A DNA stretch of 64,000 nucleotides from IMG/VR virus record IMGVR_UViG_3300033149_005651, one strand, 5' to 3'. How positions within the stretch are numbered: position 1 is the stretch's first letter; each line of letters opens with the position of its first letter. The notes under the pieces were generated by a model. That model was not told where the DNA came from. It was given only the letters and a program-made list of their open reading frames with translations, and did not search any database. This document shows, piece by piece, positions 8,654 through 19,337 of this stretch. The DNA is from an uncultured virus (IMG/VR IMGVR_UViG_3300033149_005651). Taxonomy: Duplodnaviria; Heunggongvirae; Uroviricota; Caudoviricetes. Position numbers and translations under genes: made by a program.

Positions 8654-9502
8654 CTATATAGTTAGGATTTTTATTGCTTGTTGCAATAACAACATATCAT
8701 TTGTGTTGATATTGATAAGCCGCAATGGATTATTGCCAGTAACGAAAAGGCAATCATGATCAGTTATCTTAATACACTTTGGGTTATGTTGAACCGCGAT
8801 CATGAATTCATTCGTGTCCTTGAGCAAAACGACGAAGGACCGATTATAGTAATCTATCACATCAAGAAAAAAATAAACATTCTTAATATTTGGATCATCA
8901 ACTATTTTGCTCACTCTTGCGAAATTTTCATCAATAGTGCAGAATCCTTCGCATATAGCTCTTTTAATAGTATTCGTCCATCGAATTGAGCCACCGATTC
9001 CTTTTTCCATGAGAACGGTTGATGGTTTTCGCACCCGCATGAGTTTTTCTGCTTTTGGGTCTCTTTTTCGTTTTTTCCTTTGTATCGTATCGCCCCGCAG
9101 ATCGTTTGCGATCGTTATTACCTTTTCAATGCTTGCTTCGTCTGATAGTCCTGGAACTGTTGCTTCGATATACTTGCCACTGCTTCTTCGCATATAAATA
9201 GCAAAGGTATAGTGTCCAGGATTTTTTGAGTTATCACATACCGATCCATCAAGTGGGTCGTCCGAACCAGGATGATAACGAACTTCGATACCAATACCGC
9301 GTTTGCTATTATACTGTCTCGCATAAACGGCGTATTTTTCGCCATTTTTTCCATTGACGATATTTGATTCTCGTATGGATGATGGTGCTGCGGTCATGTA
9401 ATATGCATTACGCAATAAATCAATAGTTCGCCAAACCCTATTATGGTCCGTATTAAAGACTAAGTTAAGAGAGCTTTGTGGGATTATTGTCGATTCAGAC
9501 AT
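8654..9502 (-). CDS. Hypothetical protein, paralog of 14340-15083
   Basis: Shared SKRG, RRSS(G)KYI and LF.(T/S)G..PL.L..I...DM motifs. Confidence 0.8.
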   Translation of the reverse strand: MSESTIIPQSSLNLVFNTDHNRVWRTIDLLRNAYYMTAAPSSIRESNIVNGKNGEKYAVYARQYNSKRGIGIEVRYHPGSDDPLDGSVCDNSKNPGHYTFAIYMRRSSGKYIEATVPGLSDEASIEKVITIANDLRGDTIQRKKRKRDPKAEKLMRVRKPSTVLMEKGIGGSIRWTNTIKRAICEGFCTIDENFARVSKIVDDPNIKNVYFFLDVIDYYNRSFVVLLKDTNEFMIAVQHNPKCIKITDHDCLFVTGNNPLRLININTNDMLLLQQAIKILTI

Positions 9503-9899
9503 CGTTATAGAACCTTTTAAGAGCGATTAGCAAGTAATCAAACATCTTGGGATCAGCGTATAAGATATCAACAGTCCAAGATTTTTCTGACCAACTGCCT
9601 GATAGAACTGATACTTTATCCTCGCTAAAAATAATACTACCAGTCCGTCTTACAGAAGTGTAATCCACATTCGTTGATAAATAGATTGTTTGTTTTGTTG
9701 CCTTGCGAAAATTAATCGCTTGCTTAATCATCGGCGGTAAAGATTCATCAATCCATTCAGTGATCGCTATGATGAAGTCTTTCGGGGGTCCTCCAATGAT
9801 TCCTGTTTCATCCTGCATCGCCCATCGATCGTTATTTGGCGTATTCGATCCATAATTATAGATCTTGGAATATTGCAATTTTTTAGGTCCGTAGTACAT
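9495..9899 (-). CDS. DP-motif family protein
   Basis: ILYADPKMFDYL; promoter motif at 9941-9966. Confidence 0.75.
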   Translation of the reverse strand: MYYGPKKLQYSKIYNYGSNTPNNDRWAMQDETGIIGGPPKDFIIAITEWIDESLPPMIKQAINFRKATKQTIYLSTNVDYTSVRRTGSIIFSEDKVSVLSGSWSEKSWTVDILYADPKMFDYLLIALKRFYNDV

Positions 9900-9928
9900 G
9901 CTATTCCTTTGCGTGTGGGCGATTTCTT

Positions 9929-10447
9929 CTAATAATATTTTGTTACAGAGGAATGGTCCGCATTAAATAAGAAGTATGGATCTTTAGTGTTTCTCGCCAA
10001 TCTTTTCCGTTTTGATACAGATCTACAATGCGATATAGCAAAAAAGGCATTGATATCTGTCGCCGCCAATTTCAAAAATCTGATGAAATTATCAGGGAAT
10101 CCTGGATCACAGAAAGCAAAAGTGAAGAAAACAATATCATATTGACGGCGAAAACCAATTGATTTTGTAGATAGTTCGATACGATCGTCAAAAATTGCGA
10201 AATTCGCATAATAAGCCCAAGGTTCTCCCCCACCAGCACTAACCGAACACATGTATTTAGTATCAGTAACACATGTGGGTGTGTGCGAAACATCACCTAT
10301 ATATGTACTATTTGGATTTTTTTCAATCCAAACCCATGTAGCACAATGAATCCGTCTGCGTCTGACGAATTCAACCTGAAAAGTATGCGAACGCTTATTA
10401 TCGAGAAGTATTTCATCGATTTCAGCAATTACTGCGTTTTTAACCAT
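9929..10447 (-). CDS. DP-motif family protein (FxFCDPxFP subgroup)
   Basis: FAFCDPGFPDNF; paralog of 18154-18666 and 20822-21187. Confidence 0.8.
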   Translation of the reverse strand: MVKNAVIAEIDEILLDNKRSHTFQVEFVRRRRIHCATWVWIEKNPNSTYIGDVSHTPTCVTDTKYMCSVSAGGGEPWAYYANFAIFDDRIELSTKSIGFRRQYDIVFFTFAFCDPGFPDNFIRFLKLAATDINAFFAISHCRSVSKRKRLARNTKDPYFLFNADHSSVTKYY

Positions 10448-10448
10448 G

Positions 10449-11213
10449 CTACCAATTCTTATAATCTTCGGCTGTTTGTCGGAAAACCGCTATTCGATGT
10501 TTGTACCATATTTGATGAATTTTTTCTAATTCTCGCATGTGTTCAATCGTCTTAGTTGCCATTTTGTAAAGAAGGTTAGGATCGAATTTTGGATCCGCAA
10601 ATATGGGAATAGTAATGCTTGTTCCACCATCTTGTCCACGACCAATAACAAGTTCTCCAGACTTTAAACTGATACAAATATTCGCGTAACACTTCGAAGC
10701 GGAAAGAATCAATGCAGAATGGCTACTTTCCTTTTTTGCTTTAAATAAAAACCGAACATTCTTAAACCCATCATTATGCAATCTATCACGTAAATCGCTA
10801 AGAACAAGATTTTGGATGATATCTTCATATGCTCTCTTCGGTACATCAAGACCTTTAAGAGTTGTTAAGTGTTGTTTAAGCGATTCGACTGCATCCGCCC
10901 ATGTAGAGAATTTGGCTACGGGAGCATCTTGTTTCTTATACATCATCATCAAATGACCTAATGTATAAGAAATGTCTTCTGAATAAAATCCAACAATTTC
11001 ACCAGATTGTTTCTTATGGTGTTTTCTAGTAAGGAGCACGATCCGACTCAATGAATCATCCAAGTCCAGGATGAATTCTACTTGTGCGCCGAGTTTATAA
11101 TTCGAAGCACGTATAATGCACCTATTGTGGACAAAATACCCATAGCCCAAGCCTTTTAGCCAAACCTTCAGATCAGAAACATCATTATACTGTCGGTAAT
11201 TAATGGGAATCAT
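10449..11213 (-). CDS. Two-domain DP-motif protein, paralog of 21175-21978
   Basis: LKVWLK, QNLVLSDLRDRL, KAKKE, DPKFDP shared. Confidence 0.82.
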   Translation of the reverse strand: MIPINYRQYNDVSDLKVWLKGLGYGYFVHNRCIIRASNYKLGAQVEFILDLDDSLSRIVLLTRKHHKKQSGEIVGFYSEDISYTLGHLMMMYKKQDAPVAKFSTWADAVESLKQHLTTLKGLDVPKRAYEDIIQNLVLSDLRDRLHNDGFKNVRFLFKAKKESSHSALILSASKCYANICISLKSGELVIGRGQDGGTSITIPIFADPKFDPNLLYKMATKTIEHMRELEKIHQIWYKHRIAVFRQTAEDYKNW

Positions 11214-12138
11214 TGTGATTCTCTAAAGATTTAAGCGCTTCGCGGTGTTTTTTCTGAAGACTTTTCAATTCAAGCAATACCTTTGCTTCTCGCATATCTG
11301 CTTCAGCACAGCGTTTCATCCAAGTAGCTATATTTTCAGGTGTGAATAATGGATTTTCTGGGGTTATGTTGATTGTGTAATTATTCCCCATTTGCGAAAC
11401 AACTCGAATAGTCCCATCGATATTTATAAAAATACAAAACGTGCCATGATGCTGACCATCGTAAAAATCATGATGCTGACCATCGTAAAAATCAAAATCA
11501 ACATTGCCTATCAAAGTTTTGTGCGACCCCTTGAAACTGAGTTTAGCAGCCTCATTATCATCGCGGGCTTTATACAACGAGCACTTAGCATCAGTAAAAT
11601 CTATAAGATCTCTGACTTCCATCGCAACAAGATTTTGAACTAAGTCATTACGATTAAGTTTACTACCCTGTGCGTTTTCAATGCTGTGAATTATCGAATC
11701 GTTCAGCGTATCATCATCGTTAATAACATCGTTAGGATAAAAGCATTTTTCTTGAACATACTTTTTACCTTTTCGAATATAGAAACTAAGCTTTCCATTG
11801 CCAAAAGTTATCCTTACGCCCCTTTTTAGATTAAAGAGTCTAAGATATCCGTCATAAAGCATAGGACAAGTTGATGGACTGGTCGAAGATGCTTTAAATC
11901 CATTTTTCTCGGCTAAATCGACAATTAACCGTAAAATGTCCACTCTAGGTGGATGGATTTCGATACCGTAACGAAAAGAAGGAATGACCACGCCAGCATC
12001 CGCTATTTCAATCGCGATTTCTTCCGTAGTTTTCTCTACATTTTGCGTTTTCTTTGCAATTTTATTTATGATGAGATTATAGTTCACAGCATACAAGGAA
12101 TGGTCTTTGACGCGCCACGTAAATGTATTGCTCAGCAT
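11200..12138 (-). CDS. Hypothetical protein related to 10449-11213; contains a 24-bp tandem duplication
   Basis: QNLVAMEVRDL; DFYDGQHH x2. Confidence 0.8.
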   Translation of the reverse strand: MLSNTFTWRVKDHSLYAVNYNLIINKIAKKTQNVEKTTEEIAIEIADAGVVIPSFRYGIEIHPPRVDILRLIVDLAEKNGFKASSTSPSTCPMLYDGYLRLFNLKRGVRITFGNGKLSFYIRKGKKYVQEKCFYPNDVINDDDTLNDSIIHSIENAQGSKLNRNDLVQNLVAMEVRDLIDFTDAKCSLYKARDDNEAAKLSFKGSHKTLIGNVDFDFYDGQHHDFYDGQHHGTFCIFINIDGTIRVVSQMGNNYTINITPENPLFTPENIATWMKRCAEADMREAKVLLELKSLQKKHREALKSLENHNDSH

Positions 12139-12653
12139 TTATTGGTCCCTATTTCTACTAAATCATCTTGGCAATGATCACACAAAGGAGATAGGCCAAG
12201 CGATGATCTCTTTGTATATCGTTTTTCATTTTTATACTCGCCGCAATTGATACAATATTCGTCTTTAGGGATCAATCGTTCTTCGGCTAATTCTTCGTCT
12301 TTGATATCGTATCCAACGATTTCTGTTGTTAGCCATTTAGCTTCGATCATTTGTCGAACTACAGCAGATGCAGAATACAAAAGTGTATAGATCGGTTCAT
12401 CATACTCGATGTTGTCTTCATTTAGAACTTTTTCAGCGGCTATCTGTAATGATTCTACTTCGGTTTCTACTTGACGCAAATCAGCGACTACCTGTTCCAT
12501 TTTGCGAACAGTATCAGAAAAGACAGCATGAAGATGACCAAAAGCTCCTGCGATGCCATATTCGTCATAGCGTTGCGCAAAAATTTCGTCAACATCGATC
12601 TTCTTGATGGTGGCCAAACGCTCTTCTGCGAATTTTGTCTTGAATAGGTCCAT
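12132..12653 (-). CDS. Hypothetical protein with a coiled coil and C-terminal Zn finger
   Basis: CINC...CDHC; promoter motif at 12672-12697. Confidence 0.75.
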   Translation of the reverse strand: MDLFKTKFAEERLATIKKIDVDEIFAQRYDEYGIAGAFGHLHAVFSDTVRKMEQVVADLRQVETEVESLQIAAEKVLNEDNIEYDEPIYTLLYSASAVVRQMIEAKWLTTEIVGYDIKDEELAEERLIPKDEYCINCGEYKNEKRYTKRSSLGLSPLCDHCQDDLVEIGTNKC

Positions 12654-12671
12654 CGCATCCCCCTACGAATC

Positions 12672-12697
12672 TGTTACAAGACACCCATTCGGGTTAA
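12672..12697 (-). promoter_or_regulatory. Phage promoter motif
   Basis: TTAAC-N13-TTGTAACA. Confidence 0.75.
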
Positions 12698-12755
12698 TAT
12701 CAGTGTTCGCTAGTGTTGCAAGCCGATAAGGTATTTTGCGATCTTTGCGATCCTG

Positions 12756-13238
12756 CTAGCAACGGCGTCTTCTGACGATAGCCTTTCCGATTGCTCCAGC
12801 ACTCGTCACAGCCTTCTTCGTCGCATGTTTCTTTTTGACAGTTTGTTTACTTGTGTGCTGTTTGCTGTCGAGTTCGTTTTGAAGCTGTTCATTTTTTACC
12901 ATGAGGTTTTCAATAGTGGCTCCACAATCACAGTCTTTTTCATCCCATGCGTTATCCGTTCCTCGGTACCCTCGGCAGTGAATGCTGTGCGGGATTTTTC
13001 GTTTTTTGATTCTTTTGGTGGTGATAGTGACATTACAGAGTTCGTAACCTTTGGCGAGTCCTTCCCAGTTGTTTGTGTTTTGGGCGGATTTGAGATCTGG
13101 CCAGAGGCATGGTCCATCGTAAGGATCACAGCAGACGAGGTCTTTCATGAAAAGTAAATCTCCGGTGGGACCGATGATTCCTACATATTCCCGATCATTC
13201 TGATACTCTTTGGAATCGGTTTCGACGACGTTTGACAT
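12756..13238 (-). CDS. Hypothetical protein with a basic C-terminus
   Basis: SD GGAG; 160-aa ORF. Confidence 0.7.
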   Translation of the reverse strand: MSNVVETDSKEYQNDREYVGIIGPTGDLLFMKDLVCCDPYDGPCLWPDLKSAQNTNNWEGLAKGYELCNVTITTKRIKKRKIPHSIHCRGYRGTDNAWDEKDCDCGATIENLMVKNEQLQNELDSKQHTSKQTVKKKHATKKAVTSAGAIGKAIVRRRRC

Positions 13239-13689
13239 GATTAGATCTCCGTTTGAAGGAAGGGATTGATGTTTAGTCAGATTGGGTCGGAGAGTGATAA
13301 ATTACGCTCAAACCGGGAGAAGGTGTCTTTCCTCTGTTCAGAGGCACAAGCGTTGATAAGTTTGATTAAATTCTCTAAAATATGAGGAGAATTATAAGGA
13401 AGTTTTCCAAAAACGGTCTCGCCATATAATATATACCAAACTTTGATGGATTCAATACCATACGTAACTAGGGTTTTTTCATCCCCGAAAATTATACTAG
13501 TAAGACAGAAAATGTTATCAGAAGTCTCAAACGCATGGGTTACCATCAATTCAAGATGCGTACAGGTCTTGGATTGCGTATAGATCTTGGCTAATTCTTC
13601 ATGGAAACCTTCGCCTATTGCGCGAAGAATAGGATCACATCTTTCGATTGGGATATCATACAGAACAGATGCATCATTCATCGAGATTT

Positions 13690-13914
13690 TCACCGATAAA
13701 GGTCAATATATTCGCCAAAGTGTTTGTCGAACACCTCGATCAAGTGCTCATAATCACTCAACATCATTTCATCCAAAATCGCCTTACCGTCTAGATCCAA
13801 ATCCTTGGCATATCGCCTAGCATAAGCAAACAAAACAAATACATTGCCGTCCGGTCCATTAAGATCGATTTCGATCTTCCCCCGTTCATCTACATCCAAG
13901 CTCTTAATTGTCAT
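13690..13914 (-). CDS. Conserved small phage protein (IDLxGPDGNxF family)
   Basis: Motif recalled from small proteins of T4-like and other large phages. Confidence 0.7.
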   Translation of the reverse strand: MTIKSLDVDERGKIEIDLNGPDGNVFVLFAYARRYAKDLDLDGKAILDEMMLSDYEHLIEVFDKHFGEYIDLYR

Positions 13915-14339
13915 CTAAATCTCCTTGTTAAACATTGCGTTTCAGTATTAGATATTGTCGTGTGTGTGCTCTCGGATGATTTAGTATATTAAACAACTTA
14001 TCCGGAGAATCAAACAAAAGGTCAAAAGTGTCGATACCATCCTTCCCCAAAGCTTCAAGCATTTCAGGATCTTCGATAAATTCGTAGATCCTACTAAAAA
14101 AGTCAGCTTTACCCTGTAAAGTATGCTGAGTTACTAAGATAACATCTTTTATGTCTCTCATCAATCTTCCTCAAGCATTTTCATTAATTTGGCCGTGAGT
14201 TTTTTCTCACATTTTTGACAGCGGTCCTGATAAGTAACAAGCAATCCTCGTTCATTTCGGAATGAGCCAAATATGAGTTGACGAGCACTTGGCTCAGTAG
14301 AAACGGTATTGTTTTGAACTCCACATACTTCGCAAGTTT

Positions 14340-15083
14340 TCATAAAGCCTTTACCCATACTTTTATCGCTTTATTCACAAAAGCCATGTCTTCAATACTG
14401 ATCATAGAAAGATCAAGTGGATACGTTCCAGACATAAACAATTGATTGCTGTTAACAATCTTGCAAACTCTACCACGGGTTAATGCGATCAAAAACTTTA
14501 CACCATCGTTGGTTATAACATAGACTTCGCGATCACGAATATCTAAGCATCGCACAAAGAAAAATGTATCAGCATCTGGTTTAGCAACTTCACTCAGCAA
14601 GATTGTCCCAGTTGACGAAATTTGACAGACACCCATCGTCTGCGCAGTCAAGAGTATACATGGTCTCGTAATCGCGTAGTGGTCTCCTACTTCAATCCCT
14701 GCGCGCGTTGCTGTCCGCCATTTAGGAATTTTCCTATTTTCTTTACTTTTAGGTGGGTCGCCAGAAAGTTGTTTTGATTCTGTGATTGCTTCTTCAAGTG
14801 TGTCGTACAACGAATACCAGATATACTTAGAACTACGCCGAACCAGTACAACAACCGTAGCATTCTTAAGGTGGGTGTTGAGATAATCGTATACGATCGA
14901 AACACCACGTTTAGAATCAAAGCCAGATATAGAAAATTGACCATCAGCCGTTTGATGATCAAGACGTGGTCGATAACCAGCGTCCTTCAGAATTTTCCGG
15001 ACATCATCAATATCAAGCATCGTAAACCTCATGCAAAACGTAAGTATTCCACATATTGGAGTAACAAACAATATGGGACCCAC
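14340..15083 (-). CDS. Hypothetical protein, paralog of 8654-9502
   Basis: Shared motifs; true start probably MLDIDD. Confidence 0.78.
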   Translation of the reverse strand: MGPILFVTPICGILTFCMRFTMLDIDDVRKILKDAGYRPRLDHQTADGQFSISGFDSKRGVSIVYDYLNTHLKNATVVVLVRRSSKYIWYSLYDTLEEAITESKQLSGDPPKSKENRKIPKWRTATRAGIEVGDHYAITRPCILLTAQTMGVCQISSTGTILLSEVAKPDADTFFFVRCLDIRDREVYVITNDGVKFLIALTRGRVCKIVNSNQLFMSGTYPLDLSMISIEDMAFVNKAIKVWVKAL

Positions 15084-15629
15084 TCGTCATGATTTCATCC
15101 GCTTCTGCAGTAATTTCTGGATACTGACACGGCGGATCATTGTCACAATAGAACCAACTGTGGGAGTAGTCCACATCGTGGTTGCCAGGACACATACTGT
15201 TAGCATGCAGTTGACGGTTGAATAAAGCAATACAGAATTCGCGTTTGGTCTGAACACTTGCTATTATCATCAATTGTTACTCCATGGGGGAAGATGGTCA
15301 GCTTGAAAGATTTGTTTTCGCTGTTCTTCCATCGCTTCTTCTTTTGCGATTTGATCTGGATCATGCTGAGAAGCCCATTGATGCATTAGAATGCCTTCGA
15401 AGATTCGCTCTATTGGTGGCCAATCTGATTGGGCTAATTCGTAACCGCGACTAATGACCTTTTGGATTTGAGGTCTTGCGGTGGTGCTGACGCGGATCAA
15501 GACATGGAATACTCGATCTGACTCTTCCAAACAAATCCGAAGAAGTCGGGATTGCTGCTTTTTGCTTTGTGACACTTTTGGTCCTCCTACCAAATTGTTA
15601 CAAAGCGAAGATGATAGTTAATAGAAGTT

Positions 15630-15980
15630 TTATTTTCTCTTTTTGCTCATGACATATTCAAAAATGTCTTGCAGAGAATCAGGATGTTTTAAGTCAATGC
15701 GACAAGACCCAGCGACTGTAGTAACCTTATGACCATGTTGACTCTTCCATCCGTTGGTGGTCCGCCAGGATGATATGCTTAAATATGTAAGATCATTATT
15801 GTCATCTTCCTCGATTTCAAGAATAATCGAATGATTCTTACGGTTGACAGTGATAGAATCACCCATTAAAATTTCGACAGGCACATTTCTATCAAATAAA
15901 TATTGCCATACTGCTTGGAGCAATTCATTATCTGAAGTTATTCCCCAATCATCCATTTTCTTGACCCTTAATTTTCGCAA
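15630..15980 (-). CDS. DP-motif family protein
   Basis: IDLKHPDSLQDIFEY. Confidence 0.75.
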   Translation of the reverse strand: MRKLRVKKMDDWGITSDNELLQAVWQYLFDRNVPVEILMGDSITVNRKNHSIILEIEEDDNNDLTYLSISSWRTTNGWKSQHGHKVTTVAGSCRIDLKHPDSLQDIFEYVMSKKRK

Positions 15981-17100
15981 TCCCGTTAATCTTGTTTCTC
16001 ACCATTCACATAGACCTCAGAGTAGTCCTGCCTGTACTCAGCAATAATCTTCCCCTTCTTTCGCCGCTCAAGATAAGCATCGTCGATCGGGTCCCCATCC
16101 ACAAAGGGCTGCACTTCATACCTAAAACCAACATCTCTGATATGAGCACTGGCTTTCGTAATGTTGAGATGTACCACTTTTTCGGTCCTCTTCGGTGCAT
16201 AAGCATGCACCATCCGTTCGGCCTGCTCCGTAGGCACACTGGTATCAATCTGATCGAAATTAGGGACGGTCTTATGCAGTTCCTTCCAACCAAAGGGATG
16301 TGAACTCTCTACTCCGACATAATCTGACGCGAGTAAAGCACCCACCACAAGGCCATCATTAACAGCAAGAATCACATTTATCTGCGTAGCGGGCATACTC
16401 TCTCCTAGATATTATCTATCACATCACGAGTTTAAGAAGCTGATTTTCTCACGTTTTGGATTTCGTCGCGATACTCAAAGCGGAAGCAATCGAGACATTG
16501 ATATTCGTCCTGTTGATGCGGAACCAACCGGATTAAGAGAGAGCATCGTTTGTCCTCACAAATTCCGCAATGAAATTTGGAGCGATGGCCATTGGGGAGT
16601 TTTTCCCACCCATGGCCTTCAGCCACGGACATTTCGGTTTTGTTTAGTTTCATCTAATCCTCACGGTGCTCTTCTCTTTTTCATATCAGTCTCAGTAAAG
16701 TATCCGGAATTTTTGACGTAACAACAATCAATCTATCCACAAGACACATCGAAGTGATTGTTGTATACTCTTTATCATCAAACAAAAGAGTACCATGTTC
16801 CCATGAAATGATCACAATATCAGTTACATTTGGGCCTTCAAGATTAGTATCCAAGAACCACTGAGTTTCAAAAGGAAAATATGGGTCATTAGAACTCTGC
16901 TTGATCAGCCTATAGTATTCAAGCATAACGACGACGATCCATAAAAAAGGTTCGCGACTTAGTGGCCCATAATGGTCTTGGTCCGAATTGTGACCAACTT
17001 GCCTTAACTTTGAACCATTTAAAGCAAGCATTCGTCTCAAGTATGACTTCATCAGCCATCCAAAAAGACTGATCCTGTTGGAAAATTTGACCTTTTACCA

Positions 17101-17610
17101 TTATTTCTCTAGCTTCTCTAGATAGGCATAAACTTCTGGGTGCCATTCATCATGTAAAGCGTAAAACGCATCGGACAAAGTATCCGAAAGAGGCATGATC
17201 GTATTCTCCCAATCATCCCCGATCTCGAAATCACCTTCATCTTCATCCACATGTGCCATCATTTGACAGCATAGATCGAGGACTTTCTTCGATGCAGGCC
17301 CCATTTCTTCGAGAATATCCGGGAGCCAATCCCAGGATTTGACAGCATAGCCGTTGCTGACCCACTGAGAAAATCCACCATTGTCAACCTGTTGATTCAA
17401 CTTGCCAAGAACACAAGCGACGCGTTCAGCTTGGTTATAACATCCATTGTTCAACATACCCTTGAATGACCACCGACGTTTGTTATGAGCAATCGCACTG
17501 ATTTTGTCAGCTCTACGAAGTTGATCGAGTTCCTTACAATGTTTCTGCCAACGATCATAAGGACCATCCATCAGTTGCTGCCATCGGCAGTTATCACCAC
17601 GAAGCGTCAT
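17101..17610 (-). CDS. DMP19/DUF4375-family protein (putative DNA mimic)
   Basis: QQVDNGGFSQWVSN motif; acidic C-terminal half. Confidence 0.7.
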   Translation of the reverse strand: MTLRGDNCRWQQLMDGPYDRWQKHCKELDQLRRADKISAIAHNKRRWSFKGMLNNGCYNQAERVACVLGKLNQQVDNGGFSQWVSNGYAVKSWDWLPDILEEMGPASKKVLDLCCQMMAHVDEDEGDFEIGDDWENTIMPLSDTLSDAFYALHDEWHPEVYAYLEKLEK

Positions 17611-17651
17611 GTCAATTCCTCCTCAAAATGAGCATTTGTTTTCTACTCATT

Positions 17652-17677
17652 TGTTACAAGACTGGCGTGAGAGTTAA
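17652..17677 (-). promoter_or_regulatory. Phage promoter motif
   Basis: TTAAC-N13-TTGTAACA. Confidence 0.75.
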
Positions 17678-18153
17678 TATGTTTTACCATATTGTTTGAC
17701 ACTTGTGTGAATCGCCACGTTTCTCTTTCTGGGTGCCTGTAATGATTAACCATCTGTTTACTATAATAAAGAGTGATTTCATCTGCTTTGCAAAAACGAG
17801 TGATTTTATCTCCACGCCGTGGTTCTATTTCCCGATACCATTTCCCAAGCCAGCCAGATTTGCTAAGTTGTCCTAAGAGTTTTTCTTCGAAAAGGACGTC
17901 CTCGATCGCATTCTTGACAATTGGTACAGCTACCAGCATTACATGATCGTCAGAATTACGTTCACATTCTGCATATGGTTTGATTTTAGATAATTGTGCT
18001 CTAATAGCTGTCTCGATATTGATCAAGACAAGACTGGAAAGATCAAACATTATTTCGCTTTCTTGTCCTTATGCTTAGGACATTTTGATACCAATGTATA
18101 CTTCCGCAAAACCCTATTACTTCGCCAACAAGTGCATTTCATGAACTTCATCC

Positions 18154-18666
18154 TTATGATTCTCTGGGGGTATCTCGAAGGTATCGACGGTATTTTTCCC
18201 ATCTTCTATAATAGGCAAGTTGAAAACAATAATGCGCATTAAGTGTAGCCGCATCTAAAAAATCTAAAAAATTAATCGGGAATCTAGGGTCACAAAACTC
18301 AAAATTATGCGATTTAAACTCAGTGCGATTGGACACAATTCCTCTAATCGTTGTGGCAGAAGCCACGATCCGTAAGTCTTCGATCACAAATCCGCCAAAA
18401 TAAGACCAAGCACCACCAGGACAACTAGCAACACTACAACGATATTCGAACACCTCTTTGGTCCGTGAAATCAACTGCCAAACATTTCGATTATTTTTCT
18501 GAGGTCGACCAAATGACCCACCCATCCCCATCCAACCCTCAGAAGAAACAGATAATTGTCTTTTACCATCATACCATTCTGTATCTGAATTATGAAACGA
18601 TGATGACGACCCAAACGCGAATATATCATTTAATTCTGCTGTAACTATTGATTGGATTGATTGCAT
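18154..18666 (-). CDS. DP-motif family protein (FxFCDPxFP subgroup)
   Basis: FEFCDPRFPINF; SVASCPGGAWSY matches SVSAGGGEPWAY of 9929-10447. Confidence 0.8.
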   Translation of the reverse strand: MQSIQSIVTAELNDIFAFGSSSSFHNSDTEWYDGKRQLSVSSEGWMGMGGSFGRPQKNNRNVWQLISRTKEVFEYRCSVASCPGGAWSYFGGFVIEDLRIVASATTIRGIVSNRTEFKSHNFEFCDPRFPINFLDFLDAATLNAHYCFQLAYYRRWEKYRRYLRDTPRES

Positions 18667-18764
18667 AATTTGATTTTTCTAATACAGGTGTCACAACTTC
18701 TATCGTCCCCAAATTGCATTCCACGCTGTTTCGATATTTAGCGTGCTGGTGTAGACTTCCAAAT

Positions 18765-19337
18765 CTACATGAGTGGAATATCGATAGTCAACATTCTAAA
18801 TATGGTCCCCCATAACCGTTCAAGTATCCATGGTGATTGTTGATCACTCTTTATATATGTGAGCACTGATTGGTAAAAATCAATCGGTTTGCTCTCCAAC
18901 CGTTTCTGACTCACCATAAACTGAGCCCCATGTACAAAATGATATCTATCAAATGTCCGTCCGAGCATAGACCGGCACACAGCGTCGACCTTTAGCCCTC
19001 TATGATGGGGGGACCCATTCCCTTCACACGCAAGTTTACGACCAATCTCGATATAATCGATTTTGTGTTTGTGTTTATCAATGTTATCGATATCACTGAT
19101 GAAGTTTTTAGCGTGAGGGAATGGATTCCCCTGGCAGAATACCGTGTGACCATCTAATTGACCGTAATTGTTAACAATATGCTGGATGTATGTATCCGCT
19201 TCTCTGCCAATATTTTTCAGATGAATACTTCCCGCTATCGGTTTATCACTTTTATCGTAAACAACGACATCATGACTGGCTTTAAGTTGTTCAGCCCATC
19301 GCACATCTTCCTCATATTTCGCGATCACGATTATCAT
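18765..19337 (-). CDS. DUF3431-family protein (glycosyltransferase-like)
   Basis: VIAKYEED, NIGREADTY, TVFCQGNPFPH, GAQF, ERLW. Confidence 0.8.
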   Translation of the reverse strand: MIIVIAKYEEDVRWAEQLKASHDVVVYDKSDKPIAGSIHLKNIGREADTYIQHIVNNYGQLDGHTVFCQGNPFPHAKNFISDIDNIDKHKHKIDYIEIGRKLACEGNGSPHHRGLKVDAVCRSMLGRTFDRYHFVHGAQFMVSQKRLESKPIDFYQSVLTYIKSDQQSPWILERLWGTIFRMLTIDIPLM

